A stretch of 24,777 nucleotides of DNA, taken from a virus (taxonomy: Duplodnaviria > Caudoviricetes). Location: IMG/VR virus record IMGVR_UViG_3300012971_000077, positions 1 to 24,777 of that record; one strand, written 5' to 3'. Below the pieces are notes generated by a model, which saw only the letters and a list, made by a program, of their open reading frames with translations, was not told where the DNA came from and searched no databases. A program made the translations under genes and the position numbers. Below are positions 1 to 8,456 of the stretch, in pieces. Each line of letters starts with the position of its first letter. Within the stretch, counting starts at the first letter, position 1.

Positions 1-19
1 ACGGCGTGAGACAGGGCGC

Positions 20-1975
20 ATGCCAGTAACCATTCCGGATTGGCTTCCCGGCGGCGGCACGGTCATCGGTCCGCCTGACGCGCAGACTCCGGCGGCCGAT
101 ACCTCGCAGCGCGACCAACTGATCAAAAACCTCGCCGATCAACACCGGGGTCAGGTTGGCGGCGCCAGCCAGGTGCTGACCAAAGACGCCGAGGGCAAAG
201 ACCAGCACTACTACGACAAGTACACCTTCGGTGATGGCACGTCGATCGAGATCGCCCCCACGGGCCAGGTCCAGAACTACGTGCCCAAGACCGACAAGAC
301 GGCTGCGGCGGTACCTGGCTACACGGACATCACGCAGGTTCGGAACGAAAACCAGTCGATCACGTACTACGGCAGGGACCCGGCTGACGGGCAGATGAAG
401 CCGGTTCCTGGCCTGCCAGTCAGTGCGGCACCGGCCTCGGCGACGAAGACGCCTTCGCCACTGGGGCAGATGGACAAGATCGACAAGAACGGCAACGACG
501 CAACCAAGAGTGGCTTGCCGGCGATCAGTCTGCGCGATCCAGCGACCGGCACGGTCATCGACGTACCCAAAGATCCCGCCGGCACGGTGACGCCGGTCGG
601 CGACAACTTCTACGTCATCAAGCCGGACGGCTCGAGCACGCTGGTCACTGACTCCGCAGGCAAGCCCATCGCGAAGACCAAAGATCCGTCTCAGTTCAAC
701 GTGCCGGGTATCGGTCTGGTCAATTACGACCCGTCAACCGGCAATGCCAATGTGCTCATCGCTGCACCCAAGGGACTGCAGGCGAATCAGCTCAAGCCCG
801 AGGTGCGTGGCGGCAAGACGTACGTACCCGTCGACGACGGCAAGGGCGGCATCACCTGGCAGGAGACCAACCTGCCGAGTGACACCACGTATTCGGTCGC
901 GGCCAACGACTCGCGTTCGCCGAACATCACGCTGATCGACGCCCAGGGCAACACCAAGACCATTCCGAAAGAAGGTTGGACACCGCCACCGGTTCCGAAC
1001 GTGGGGCAGGTCCAGCAGGCCGACCTGGTCGCCAGCAACATTGCGGTTACCCAGCCTGACGGCTCGATCAAGTGGGTTCCGAACACCAACCAGGTCTCGG
1101 TCTCCGACGCCCAGCGTCAACTGATCCAGGGTTTAGGAATTCAGGTCGCCTCCGGAAGTATGACCGAGGCAGCGGCGAAGGACGTGATCGCGTCGGCGAC
1201 CACGATCATGAACGCGCAGGCGGCCAAGACCAACGCGGAAGCCAACGCCCAGCAGCAGATCCAGCAAGGCGCACAGGCAGCACTCCAGGGCATTCAGCAG
1301 GGTGCCGCCACCGGCGCGGGTGTGCTGCAGAACCGCGTCACCAACGCCCAGCAGATGCTGAGTGGCGTCCTTGGTATCGCTGGTCAGGGACAGCGTTCGG
1401 GGAACATGGGCGGCGGGCTGATGAACGTGCCGGCCGGACTCGGCGGGCAACTCGTCAGCGGCATTCAGGGCTGGGCGACGGAACTTGGTGGTGGACCTGA
1501 CGTCTACCAGTCGGCCGCGAACCTGGTCAGGCGCGCCGATCCGGGCAGCAACCTTGGCGGGGATGCTGCCACGGCATACGGCGCGCTCGGCCAGATGCTT
1601 CAGAAATACCGCGACATGACCGGTCAGCCGCATCCGGCTGAGCAGATCGCCAACGCGGCACAACCGAACACCGGATTCGCGGCGCCTGCGACAGCGGCAG
1701 CCGCGACACCTGTAGCACCTGCAGCCACGTTCGCACCTGGATCGTTCACCGGTCCGGCGCCGTCGTTACCCGCGGGGCCGACCGGCGCGGCGATCAATCA
1801 GGTACCCGGTTCGAACTACGGGACGAGCTATAACACCGCACAGTTGAACGGTCAGCGCTGGCCGAATCCGCAGCCGTTGCCGGCGGGTACGCAGGTGCCG
1901 TACTCCACGACGTCCAATCCGTGGTTTGTGGCCCCGGTGACGGTGGCCCCACCTGAAGCGACGGTGACAGTCTGA
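20..1975 (+). CDS. Putative internal virion/ejection protein (651 aa; P/G/Q/T/A-rich)
   Basis: Long ORF with GC3-rich codons, repeated beta-hairpin-like motifs (YVIKPDGSS, VTQPDGSIKW) and an A/Q-rich helical region; coupled to next gene. Function inferred from position and composition only. Confidence 0.5.
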   Translation: MPVTIPDWLPGGGTVIGPPDAQTPAADTSQRDQLIKNLADQHRGQVGGASQVLTKDAEGKDQHYYDKYTFGDGTSIEIAPTGQVQNYVPKTDKTAAAVPGYTDITQVRNENQSITYYGRDPADGQMKPVPGLPVSAAPASATKTPSPLGQMDKIDKNGNDATKSGLPAISLRDPATGTVIDVPKDPAGTVTPVGDNFYVIKPDGSSTLVTDSAGKPIAKTKDPSQFNVPGIGLVNYDPSTGNANVLIAAPKGLQANQLKPEVRGGKTYVPVDDGKGGITWQETNLPSDTTYSVAANDSRSPNITLIDAQGNTKTIPKEGWTPPPVPNVGQVQQADLVASNIAVTQPDGSIKWVPNTNQVSVSDAQRQLIQGLGIQVASGSMTEAAAKDVIASATTIMNAQAAKTNAEANAQQQIQQGAQAALQGIQQGAATGAGVLQNRVTNAQQMLSGVLGIAGQGQRSGNMGGGLMNVPAGLGGQLVSGIQGWATELGGGPDVYQSAANLVRRADPGSNLGGDAATAYGALGQMLQKYRDMTGQPHPAEQIANAAQPNTGFAAPATAAAATPVAPAATFAPGSFTGPAPSLPAGPTGAAINQVPGSNYGTSYNTAQLNGQRWPNPQPLPAGTQVPYSTTSNPWFVAPVTVAPPEATVTV

Positions 1976-2979
1976 TGCCGTGGTTTCCCAATCCCGCGGG
2001 TGGCGCGCCTATCCAGGCGGCAACGAATCCGAATCCCGCGGGTGGCTCGCTAGGCTTCTACTCGGACCCGAGCTACAACGGGCCACCTCCTGGTGGCGCC
2101 AGTGGTGGTGGTGGCGGTGGCGGTGGTGGATCACCGAGTGCGCCGGCAGCCACAGTCAACGCGGCTTCTCAGCTCGGTTCAGGTATCAACTCGCTGCTCG
2201 GCGCCATTGCGTCAGGCAACAAGCAAGCCTTCGACGAAGCCGTGCGTCAGTTCAACGTGACGTTTGGGCTCGACCAGCAGAAGTTTGCCGAGTCGGTACG
2301 CCAGTACAACGAGGGGTTGGCGGTCACCCAGGCTGGTCTCACGGGCACGTACCAGGGCCAACAGACGCAAGCCGCGCAGCAGCAAGTCGCCAACATTCAG
2401 GCGCAGCGACAGGCTACGGCGCAGGCGTGGGCGAACATCTACGGTTACACGCCGCAGCTCGACGTCAACGGCAATCCGGTGATGGTCAACGCCGCGGGTC
2501 TGCCGGCCAGCACGCTGGCTGCCCAGCAACAGGCGTACAGCCAGCAACTCGGCGCCATCACGACCGCGGCGGGACTTCAGGCCAACCCGTTCCGCCAGCA
2601 GCAGGTACTCGGCCAACTCGGTCGCGTGCTCGGCGGCCAGGGTGTGGCCGGCTTCGGCGCCCCGAATACCGTCACTGGTGTGGGGACCGTCGGCGGCACG
2701 GGCACCAACACGGGCATGGCGTACATGCAGCAGATGATTGATGACATCCGTAACCCTGGTGCGAATCAGGCGAGCGTGCAGAGCGTGCTCAATGGGATTC
2801 CTACGCCGAACAAAATCAATAGCGCGGACTTCCTGCGTTCGGCGCCGAGTACGCAGAACATGATCCTGCAGGGCATGCAAGAGAAATATGGGCTCGACCC
2901 GACCGATTCGCTGCAGCAGATCAAGAACACGTTGCCGTCGTTCCAGGCACCGACGACCTTCGGCCAGATTAAAGGTTGA
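1975..2979 (+). CDS. Putative internal virion/ejection protein (334 aa; Q/G/A-rich)
   Basis: TGATG coupling; poly-Gly linker; FDEAVRQFN/FAESVRQYN repeat; Q/A-rich helices like podophage DNA-transfer proteins (inference). Confidence 0.5.
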   Translation: MPWFPNPAGGAPIQAATNPNPAGGSLGFYSDPSYNGPPPGGASGGGGGGGGGSPSAPAATVNAASQLGSGINSLLGAIASGNKQAFDEAVRQFNVTFGLDQQKFAESVRQYNEGLAVTQAGLTGTYQGQQTQAAQQQVANIQAQRQATAQAWANIYGYTPQLDVNGNPVMVNAAGLPASTLAAQQQAYSQQLGAITTAAGLQANPFRQQQVLGQLGRVLGGQGVAGFGAPNTVTGVGTVGGTGTNTGMAYMQQMIDDIRNPGANQASVQSVLNGIPTPNKINSADFLRSAPSTQNMILQGMQEKYGLDPTDSLQQIKNTLPSFQAPTTFGQIKG

Positions 2980-2982
2980 TGT

Positions 2983-3135
2983 ATGCCCGCTACGTCTAAA
3001 GCGCAATACCGCTTCATGCAGGGGGTCGCGCACGGCAACATCAAAACCAAGGGGTTGAGCAAGAGCAAAGCTGCTGAGTTCGTGAAAGGTCAGTCAGCCA
3101 AAGGTCTCCCCAAGAAAGCCAAGCCGTCCAGATGA
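2983..3135 (+). CDS. Small basic protein, 50 aa (MPATSKAQYRFMQGVAHGNIKTKGLSKSKAAEFVKGQSAKGLPKKAKPSR); absent from ORF track
   Basis: Translated by hand; SD-like AAGGT upstream; fills the gap exactly with an ATGA overlap into the next gene; N-terminus resembles the MPAxSKAQ start of DUF3008-like proteins (from memory). Confidence 0.8.
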   Translation: MPATSKAQYRFMQGVAHGNIKTKGLSKSKAAEFVKGQSAKGLPKKAKPSR

Positions 3136-4076
3136 CGATGGATATACGGCGGTCCACGCACCCCGATCTGCTCGACGAGCTCGAAGCATCTCCTCCCGTG
3201 CCCGAGCCTCAAGCGAACGGGAATGGACGCCAGCGACGCGGACGGCGTACGTCGGAACCTGCAGTCTCCGAGGAATTGCCTCCAACTCCACTCGAAGCGG
3301 CAGGTCCCACGTCCGACGTACCCGAGACGGAAGGCTCTGCCGAAGGCGCAGCACATACTCCGGCAGAGCCAACCGTTCCCGAATGGCTCGATCGGCTCAA
3401 AGCATCCAGCGATCCGAAAGAAATGCTGGCCCTGCTCACGAAGAACATGCCGAACGAGGACCTCATCAAGGATGAGTACCTGCAGGGCTACATCGGCAAT
3501 CGCATCAAGTGGGGTATTCGGGACACGCTGGCCGAACAGGAACGCCAGCGCACCGAGAAACAGCGTTCCGAAGCCTACGAACGTGGGGATCTGTACGCAC
3601 TCGGCCAGATGTCCGCGGCGGATCTCGAAGCACAGCGTCAGGCGCTGGCCGAACAATCGCAGGCTGCGCTGAACCCGTACCTGCAAGCCATCACGGCGTT
3701 TCAGTCCACGTTGCCCGAAGCTGTCCAGCGAGACGTGCAGGGCAGAACCTACGCACCTGGCGGTACACCCACGGAAGGGTTTGCCGCCTATCTGCAGGCC
3801 GTCCACGAGTCCGCGTTGCGTCACGGACTCGAGGACGAAGTCCGCAAACGTGAGCCCGCCTTGCGAAAGGCGGAACTATCGACGACCGTCGGGAGTGAGC
3901 AATCCCCAGAGCTAGACGGAGGACCTGCGCAGGCGTACCGCGAGATCACGGACGCCCAGGTCGCCGCTATGACGCTCGAGGAATACGACCGCTACTTCGA
4001 CGACAAGGGCCGGCCGAAACCCGGCGTACGCGTGCGTCTGGAGCGCGGCATCGACATCCGCGCACAACAGCGCTGA
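3132..4076 (+). CDS. Putative capsid scaffolding protein (314 aa)
   Basis: Acidic/Pro-rich disordered N-terminus, helical middle, C-terminal 'ITDAQVAAMTLEEYDRY' motif typical of scaffolds; directly upstream of capsid gene. Confidence 0.65.
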   Translation: MTMDIRRSTHPDLLDELEASPPVPEPQANGNGRQRRGRRTSEPAVSEELPPTPLEAAGPTSDVPETEGSAEGAAHTPAEPTVPEWLDRLKASSDPKEMLALLTKNMPNEDLIKDEYLQGYIGNRIKWGIRDTLAEQERQRTEKQRSEAYERGDLYALGQMSAADLEAQRQALAEQSQAALNPYLQAITAFQSTLPEAVQRDVQGRTYAPGGTPTEGFAAYLQAVHESALRHGLEDEVRKREPALRKAELSTTVGSEQSPELDGGPAQAYREITDAQVAAMTLEEYDRYFDDKGRPKPGVRVRLERGIDIRAQQR

Positions 4077-4079
4077 TCT

Positions 4080-4110
4080 CTCTATTAGCAAATAAATACC
4101 GCTAATAGAG
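4080..4110. repeat. Perfect 10-bp inverted repeat CTCTATTAGC-N11-GCTAATAGAG
   Basis: Seen directly in the AT-rich scaffold-capsid spacer. Confidence 0.85.
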
Positions 4111-4133
4111 CGCTAAAGAAGGGACAAACACAA

Positions 4134-4396
4134 GTGGCTACCGGCGCAACGGAATTTGTTGATAAAACTATCTCCGACGGTGTTTTCTCGCCCGACATCT
4201 GGTCCAAGCAAGTATTGCGAGCAACAGAGTCTAATCTTGTGTTTGCCAAATGCGTCAATCGTGGGTTTGAAGATGACGCATCGGTCGGCAAGTCGGTCAA
4301 GGTCGCCTCGATTGGCAACGTAGCAGCCAGGGCCAAGACCGAGAACACGGCCATCGTCTATGAGACAGTTGCCGAGACAGCTACCACTATTACCCT
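4134..4396 (+). CDS. Major capsid protein exon 1 (P22 coat-like, HK97 fold)
   Basis: GTG start after AAGGGA; 'FSPDIWSKQVLRATESNLVFAKCVNRGFE..VGKSVKV' matches the N-terminal pattern of P22-coat-type capsids; similarity ends at TTITL where intron motifs begin. Confidence 0.9.
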
Positions 4397-5170
4397 CGAC
4401 CCAGAAGTTTTGGGGGCACGCCTCGCAGCCTAGGCGAGAGTGACAAACACGGGGTGAACTGTCGGGAACCCTAAACATAAACCAGATGCCAACGAACATG
4501 CACCACATTCACGGTCATGCGCGATATGGACGCTGCGTGGCTCGCTGGCTTTCTGGACGGCGAAGGATCAATCACGCTCTATCGGAGCATCTGGAAGTGG
4601 AAGCCAGACGGACCCAACACACGGCGACTGCAAAATCACGAACGCGAGGCCGAACGCTATCGCGCCCTGATCGCCGTCTCGCATACGGATGTGCCGACCT
4701 GCGACCACGTTTCGGAATTGCTCACGCTCATCGGTGCCAAGCATTACTACCTGCGCGACCCGAAGCGGCCGGACGCTACACGACTGGGCAAACGACCGCA
4801 GCGACATATCTCGGTGATGAGCTTCGTCAGCGCGCGCCGCGTCCTGGATGTGGTCATGCCCTATCTGGTGACGAAGCGAGCACAGGCCGAAGCACTGTAC
4901 CGGTTCATCGAGATTGCACAGAGTCGCGACCCACACCGGCGCTATACCGACGAGCAACGACAGATCGCGCTGTTCCTGCGTCGTCATCCGATGCATGGGA
5001 ATCCGCAGCCAAGCTCGACGGGGCCGGCCGATGGCCGAATAGTCGAGAAGGTTCAGAGACTAGCGGGTGAGACGCCTAACAATACGCCCGCATCAGCGCC
5101 CCGCCTCCGACAGGTCACACTGCCGGAGTGATGAGATAGTCCGGTCCGGACCGAAAGGTCCGGGTTGCCG
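4397..5170 (+). ncRNA. Self-splicing group I intron (774 nt, IA-like with P7.1 insert) in the capsid gene
   Basis: P1 CCCU|C with GGGGG (U.G at splice site); P3 CGGGGUG 4450-4456 / CGCCCCG 5097-5103; P GAACUGUCGGGAA; Q AAUCCGCAGC 5000-5009; R GUUCAGAGACUA 5051-5062; S GAGAUAGUCC 5133-5142; P8 hairpin; P9 CCGGACC-GAAA-GGUCCGG; omega-G 5170; P10 AAAC/GUUU. Splicing restores the frame: ACC CT|A AAC ATA TGG = T-L-N-I-W. Confidence 0.95.
4517..5131 (+). CDS. Intron-encoded single-motif LAGLIDADG homing endonuclease (204 aa)
   Basis: 'AAWLAGFLDGEGSI' motif and 'VMPYLVTKRAQAE' motif; lies between intron elements P and Q and reads through Q and R. Start could instead be 4526. Confidence 0.92.
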   Translation: MRDMDAAWLAGFLDGEGSITLYRSIWKWKPDGPNTRRLQNHEREAERYRALIAVSHTDVPTCDHVSELLTLIGAKHYYLRDPKRPDATRLGKRPQRHISVMSFVSARRVLDVVMPYLVTKRAQAEALYRFIEIAQSRDPHRRYTDEQRQIALFLRRHPMHGNPQPSSTGPADGRIVEKVQRLAGETPNNTPASAPRLRQVTLPE

Positions 5171-5759
5171 AAACATATGGGACTACGCCGCGGTCGGCAT
5201 CGAGGACATCATCAAGGTTCAGTCGATCGTCGACGTGCAGAACGAGTACCAGATGAAGATGGGGTACGCCATCGCCAGAGATATCGACAGCAAGCTGGCG
5301 ACCGACGTGGCCGGCTTCACCCAGACCGTGGGCACGCTCGGTACCGCGCTCGCCGACGTCGACGTGATTCGGACCAACCAGTACCTCGACGACGCGGACG
5401 CACCCGCGGACGACAGGTTTTTCATCATGTCGCCGGCCGAGAAGGCGAACAAGATCGGTCTGGACAGGTGGTCGAACGCGTTGTATGTCGGCAACCCCAA
5501 GCCGGCCGTCACTGGCAGCCTGGGCGATATGTACGGCATGAACCTGTTCGTCACGACCAACCTGGTCAAACCCGCCGGCGGTCAGGCCAACAACTTCGGT
5601 TTTCAGAGGGAAGCGCTCGCGCTCATCGTGCAGCGGAGTCCGAAACTGCACCTGTTCTATGACATCGACTTCTTCACCTGGAAGCTCGCGTCCGAGGTCA
5701 TCTACGGGCACCAGATGATGCGCCCCACGTTCGGCGTGTGGGCCAAGGGCATCGGCTAA
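5171..5759 (+). CDS. Major capsid protein exon 2 (spliced product 283 aa)
   Basis: 'GYAIARDIDSKL', 'LDDADAPADDRFFIMSP', 'GSLGDMYGMNLFVTTNL', 'FQREALAL', 'VIYGHQMMRP' are typical P22-coat-like motifs; in frame with exon 1 after intron removal (263+589=852 nt). Confidence 0.92.
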
Positions 5760-6289
5760 TGAGCGATTTACTCGAACGGCTCGAGCAGCGGGCGGCGCCG
5801 ATCGAGGGCAACCCGTCGGTCGGGTTGACCTACAACTTTCCGCTGGCGTGGTATCGGCGGCCGGACGGCGACATCGTGCAACTCCAGTCCGATCCCAACA
5901 ATCGGACGATGTACGAAAACCTGGGGTTCGTGCTGCTCCGACCGTCCGAGGCGCGTGAGTGGGAGACCGAGCTGCGTCCGGCGGTCATCCTCGAGCAGAA
6001 GCAACGCGCCCGATTCATCACCGAGATTCGCAAGTTGGCGAGTCGGATGCCGCAGGTGGCGCTCACGGATGAGGACAATCTGGAGCTCGCCGAAAAGACG
6101 CGTGACGAGCTCGAGGACCGATTCAAGGAGATGTGCGAGCAGGTCGGCTACAAGCCACGCATGCCGGCGCTCAAACCCGAACCCCGAACCGCCGCGCCGG
6201 ATCCGAGCATCGGCAACGGCGAAGAGCTCGCGAGCAAGATGGCGCGCGGTCAGGGCTACGACCCGATGCGCGAAGCGAGGAGACGCTAG
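5759..6289 (+). CDS. Hypothetical phage protein (176 aa)
   Basis: TAATG coupling with the capsid stop gives start MSDLLER. Confidence 0.75.
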   Translation: MSDLLERLEQRAAPIEGNPSVGLTYNFPLAWYRRPDGDIVQLQSDPNNRTMYENLGFVLLRPSEAREWETELRPAVILEQKQRARFITEIRKLASRMPQVALTDEDNLELAEKTRDELEDRFKEMCEQVGYKPRMPALKPEPRTAAPDPSIGNGEELASKMARGQGYDPMREARRR

Positions 6290-6292
6290 ACG

Positions 6293-6601
6293 ATGGCTGA
6301 AGCAAGCGGCTGGCTGAAAGCAGCGCAGGCCAAGCAAGAAGAGCCGCTCGGTACGCCGCCGGGCAACCTGTATTTCAAATTCACGAGTCCCGCAGGCGAC
6401 GAGTTCATCGGACCCGCGGCGAATGCCGAGACCTATCTTCGCGCCGGGTTCACGGTGCTGGGTGAACTGACGGTGGACGATACGGACCAGTTTCGAGAAC
6501 TGGTCAGTCCGGGTTCTGCAGAGCCACCTGCCTCGGGTGTCGAAACCACCGAGGCGACCGCTAACTCGGGCGCCATGCCCGCGGCTACGCCGGCTCCCTG
6601 A
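6293..6601 (+). CDS. Hypothetical phage protein (102 aa)
   Basis: GAGGAG RBS; coupled to next gene. Confidence 0.75.
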   Translation: MAEASGWLKAAQAKQEEPLGTPPGNLYFKFTSPAGDEFIGPAANAETYLRAGFTVLGELTVDDTDQFRELVSPGSAEPPASGVETTEATANSGAMPAATPAP

Positions 6602-7020
6602 TGCCAGTTGCAGGAGTGGGCGCCGCGGGCGGCTTGTGGACGCATACGCCGGTCGACTGGGCGGCCGACCTGGGCAACACCAAACCGGCGACGTGGCCGA
6701 CGGACGCCATCGTCGGCTCATCCGGTACGGGCAAGGGTGGACGGCCGCAAGGAGTGGCGTCGGTCCAGGGTGGCGTGACCGGCACGCCCGGTGTCACTCA
6801 AGCGACCATCACGTGGACGACCACGCTACCGGGCGACTCGCTGGTTGAGTACGGCACGACCACCGCGTACGGCAACACGGCGTACAACGGGGCGCAGGTG
6901 CTGAGCCACAGCGTGGTGCTGACTGGTCTGACCAGCGCGGTGCTGATCCACTACCGCGTTGCCAGCCAGGGTCCAGGGCTGAATTCCGTGAGTGCTGACG
7001 CGACGGTGACACCTACGTGA
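6601..7020 (+). CDS. Fibronectin-III/Ig-like virion decoration protein (139 aa)
   Basis: 'ATITWTT..DSLVEYGTTTAYG..SHSVVLTGL...IHYRVAS' FN3-like pattern. Confidence 0.75.
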   Translation: MPVAGVGAAGGLWTHTPVDWAADLGNTKPATWPTDAIVGSSGTGKGGRPQGVASVQGGVTGTPGVTQATITWTTTLPGDSLVEYGTTTAYGNTAYNGAQVLSHSVVLTGLTSAVLIHYRVASQGPGLNSVSADATVTPT

Positions 7021-7406
7021 GCTTGGGAAAACATCGTCCTGGCTGCAGTTTCGGGCCTGGTTTTTACCGCATCGAGTTCATCTCGGGCTCGCGACGCTAC
7101 TGCCAGGACGAACAGGAGGTCAGGCGCGCGTACGCGCTATTGATCACCGACACCGTCAGGCGGGTGTCCAGGGACGGCTACTGCCTCGATCCACTGGAGG
7201 TCGAGGCAGAGCGTGGCGTCGTCGAGGGCGAGCGGTTTCTCAACCTGCCCCGAGACGAGGGCATGCGTCAGCTCGGCATCGACAGCGAAGCTGACTACGT
7301 GAAGGCGTACCGCGCGGTCGAAGATGCGGTGCTCGCCAACGACCGCGTCGGCGGACAGGCGTCGGTGGTCATCAAAAAGAAAGGCCAGCGTGTCCTCGAC
7401 GTTTAG
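7017..7406 (+). CDS. Hypothetical phage protein (129 aa)
   Basis: GTGA overlap with previous gene; GC3-rich codons. Confidence 0.7.
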   Translation: MSLGKHRPGCSFGPGFYRIEFISGSRRYCQDEQEVRRAYALLITDTVRRVSRDGYCLDPLEVEAERGVVEGERFLNLPRDEGMRQLGIDSEADYVKAYRAVEDAVLANDRVGGQASVVIKKKGQRVLDV

Positions 7407-7764
7407 TCCGCTCCGGACGCAAGGCTTTATCAGTGGTGGAGCGACCACTCCGCCCAATGCCGAGCAGGTCTTGGCGATCTACTGCGCGTGTATGAAAGGT
7501 CACATCCGGGTCGTGGTCGCCGCGGTCATCCAGGGTCAGTCGACGGGTGCCGACTCGATCCTGGACGTGCGTAAGAACGGCATCAGCATGTGGACCAACC
7601 CGGCGCACCGACCGACGCTACCGGCGGCATCGACACAGCGTGTCTTTACGACCTATCCGCCTGACAACGGAACGGTGGTGCCTGGCGACATCATCACGCT
7701 GGTGTGTGTCCAGAACGGGAGTCGCGGAAGCGCGGCCATGACCGTGGCGGTTGAGGAGCCATGA
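7390..7764 (+). CDS. Beta-rich virion structural protein (~124 aa)
   Basis: GTG start after AAGAAAGG; '[13 protein letters not shown]...[12 protein letters not shown]' resembles beta-sandwich domains of phage tail proteins. Confidence 0.6.
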   Translation: MSSTFSPLRTQGFISGGATTPPNAEQVLAIYCACMKGHIRVVVAAVIQGQSTGADSILDVRKNGISMWTNPAHRPTLPAASTQRVFTTYPPDNGTVVPGDIITLVCVQNGSRGSAAMTVAVEEP

Positions 7765-8447
7765 CCGAGACGCCGGTACTGCAGCCCATCGGTCCGGTTC
7801 AGGCACCGCCATTGCTGCCGCTCGCGGGTGCGCCGCCGGCGCCGCCACTCGAGCCGGACTATCCGCCACCCTGGACGGGTCCAATTGGGCCACCAGGTCC
7901 GCAGGGGCCGCAGGGCGACGTTGGTCCGGTCGGTCCAACTGGCCCGCAAGGTCCGCAAGGTATCCAGGGCGCGCAAGGCGTGCAGGGTATCCAGGGACCG
8001 CCGGGCGGGGCGCCAAACTGGCGCGGCGCATGGGACGTAGCGGCGACGTACCTGGCGAACGATGCGGTCACGTATCAGGGCTCGAGTTACTACGCGCCGA
8101 GTGCCATCTCAGCCGGGGTCACCCCACCCGCGGCACCGTGGCAGACGATTGCTCAGAAAGGTGATCCTGGTCCGACTGGCCCGCAGGGACCCGTCGGTGT
8201 GGGTATGCCAACGGGTGGCACCACCGGGCAGCTACTTCAGAAGACGAGTGCGGTTGACTACGCCATCGCGTGGGCGACGCTTGCCACGCTCGACTTGCCC
8301 GAACAGGCTTCGAATCCGGCGACGCCCGTAGCTGGCACGTTGCGTCTGTTCGCGAAGACCGATCACGGTTTCTACGTCATCGATTCGACTGGTGCCGTTC
8401 GTCGTCTGGATATCACTACCCTCGAGGCGGTCGTCTCGTATGCCTGA
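7761..8447 (+). CDS. Collagen-like fibre protein (228 aa)
   Basis: Gly-X-Y repeats; '[24 protein letters not shown]' and '[16 protein letters not shown]...W' fibre motifs. Confidence 0.85.
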   Translation: MTETPVLQPIGPVQAPPLLPLAGAPPAPPLEPDYPPPWTGPIGPPGPQGPQGDVGPVGPTGPQGPQGIQGAQGVQGIQGPPGGAPNWRGAWDVAATYLANDAVTYQGSSYYAPSAISAGVTPPAAPWQTIAQKGDPGPTGPQGPVGVGMPTGGTTGQLLQKTSAVDYAIAWATLATLDLPEQASNPATPVAGTLRLFAKTDHGFYVIDSTGAVRRLDITTLEAVVSYA

Positions 8448-8456
8448 GGTTCTTTG

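Noticed and set aside
4134-5759. Capsid as pseudogene, two genes or intein-containing
   Set aside because: Stops and frame change exclude an intein; full group I structure and in-frame splicing explain the split.
7870-8010. Short tandem DNA repeats (also 2101-2130 and 12060-12240) as CRISPR-like arrays
   Set aside because: Explained by collagen, poly-Gly and tail-fibre peptide repeats; no repeat-spacer structure.
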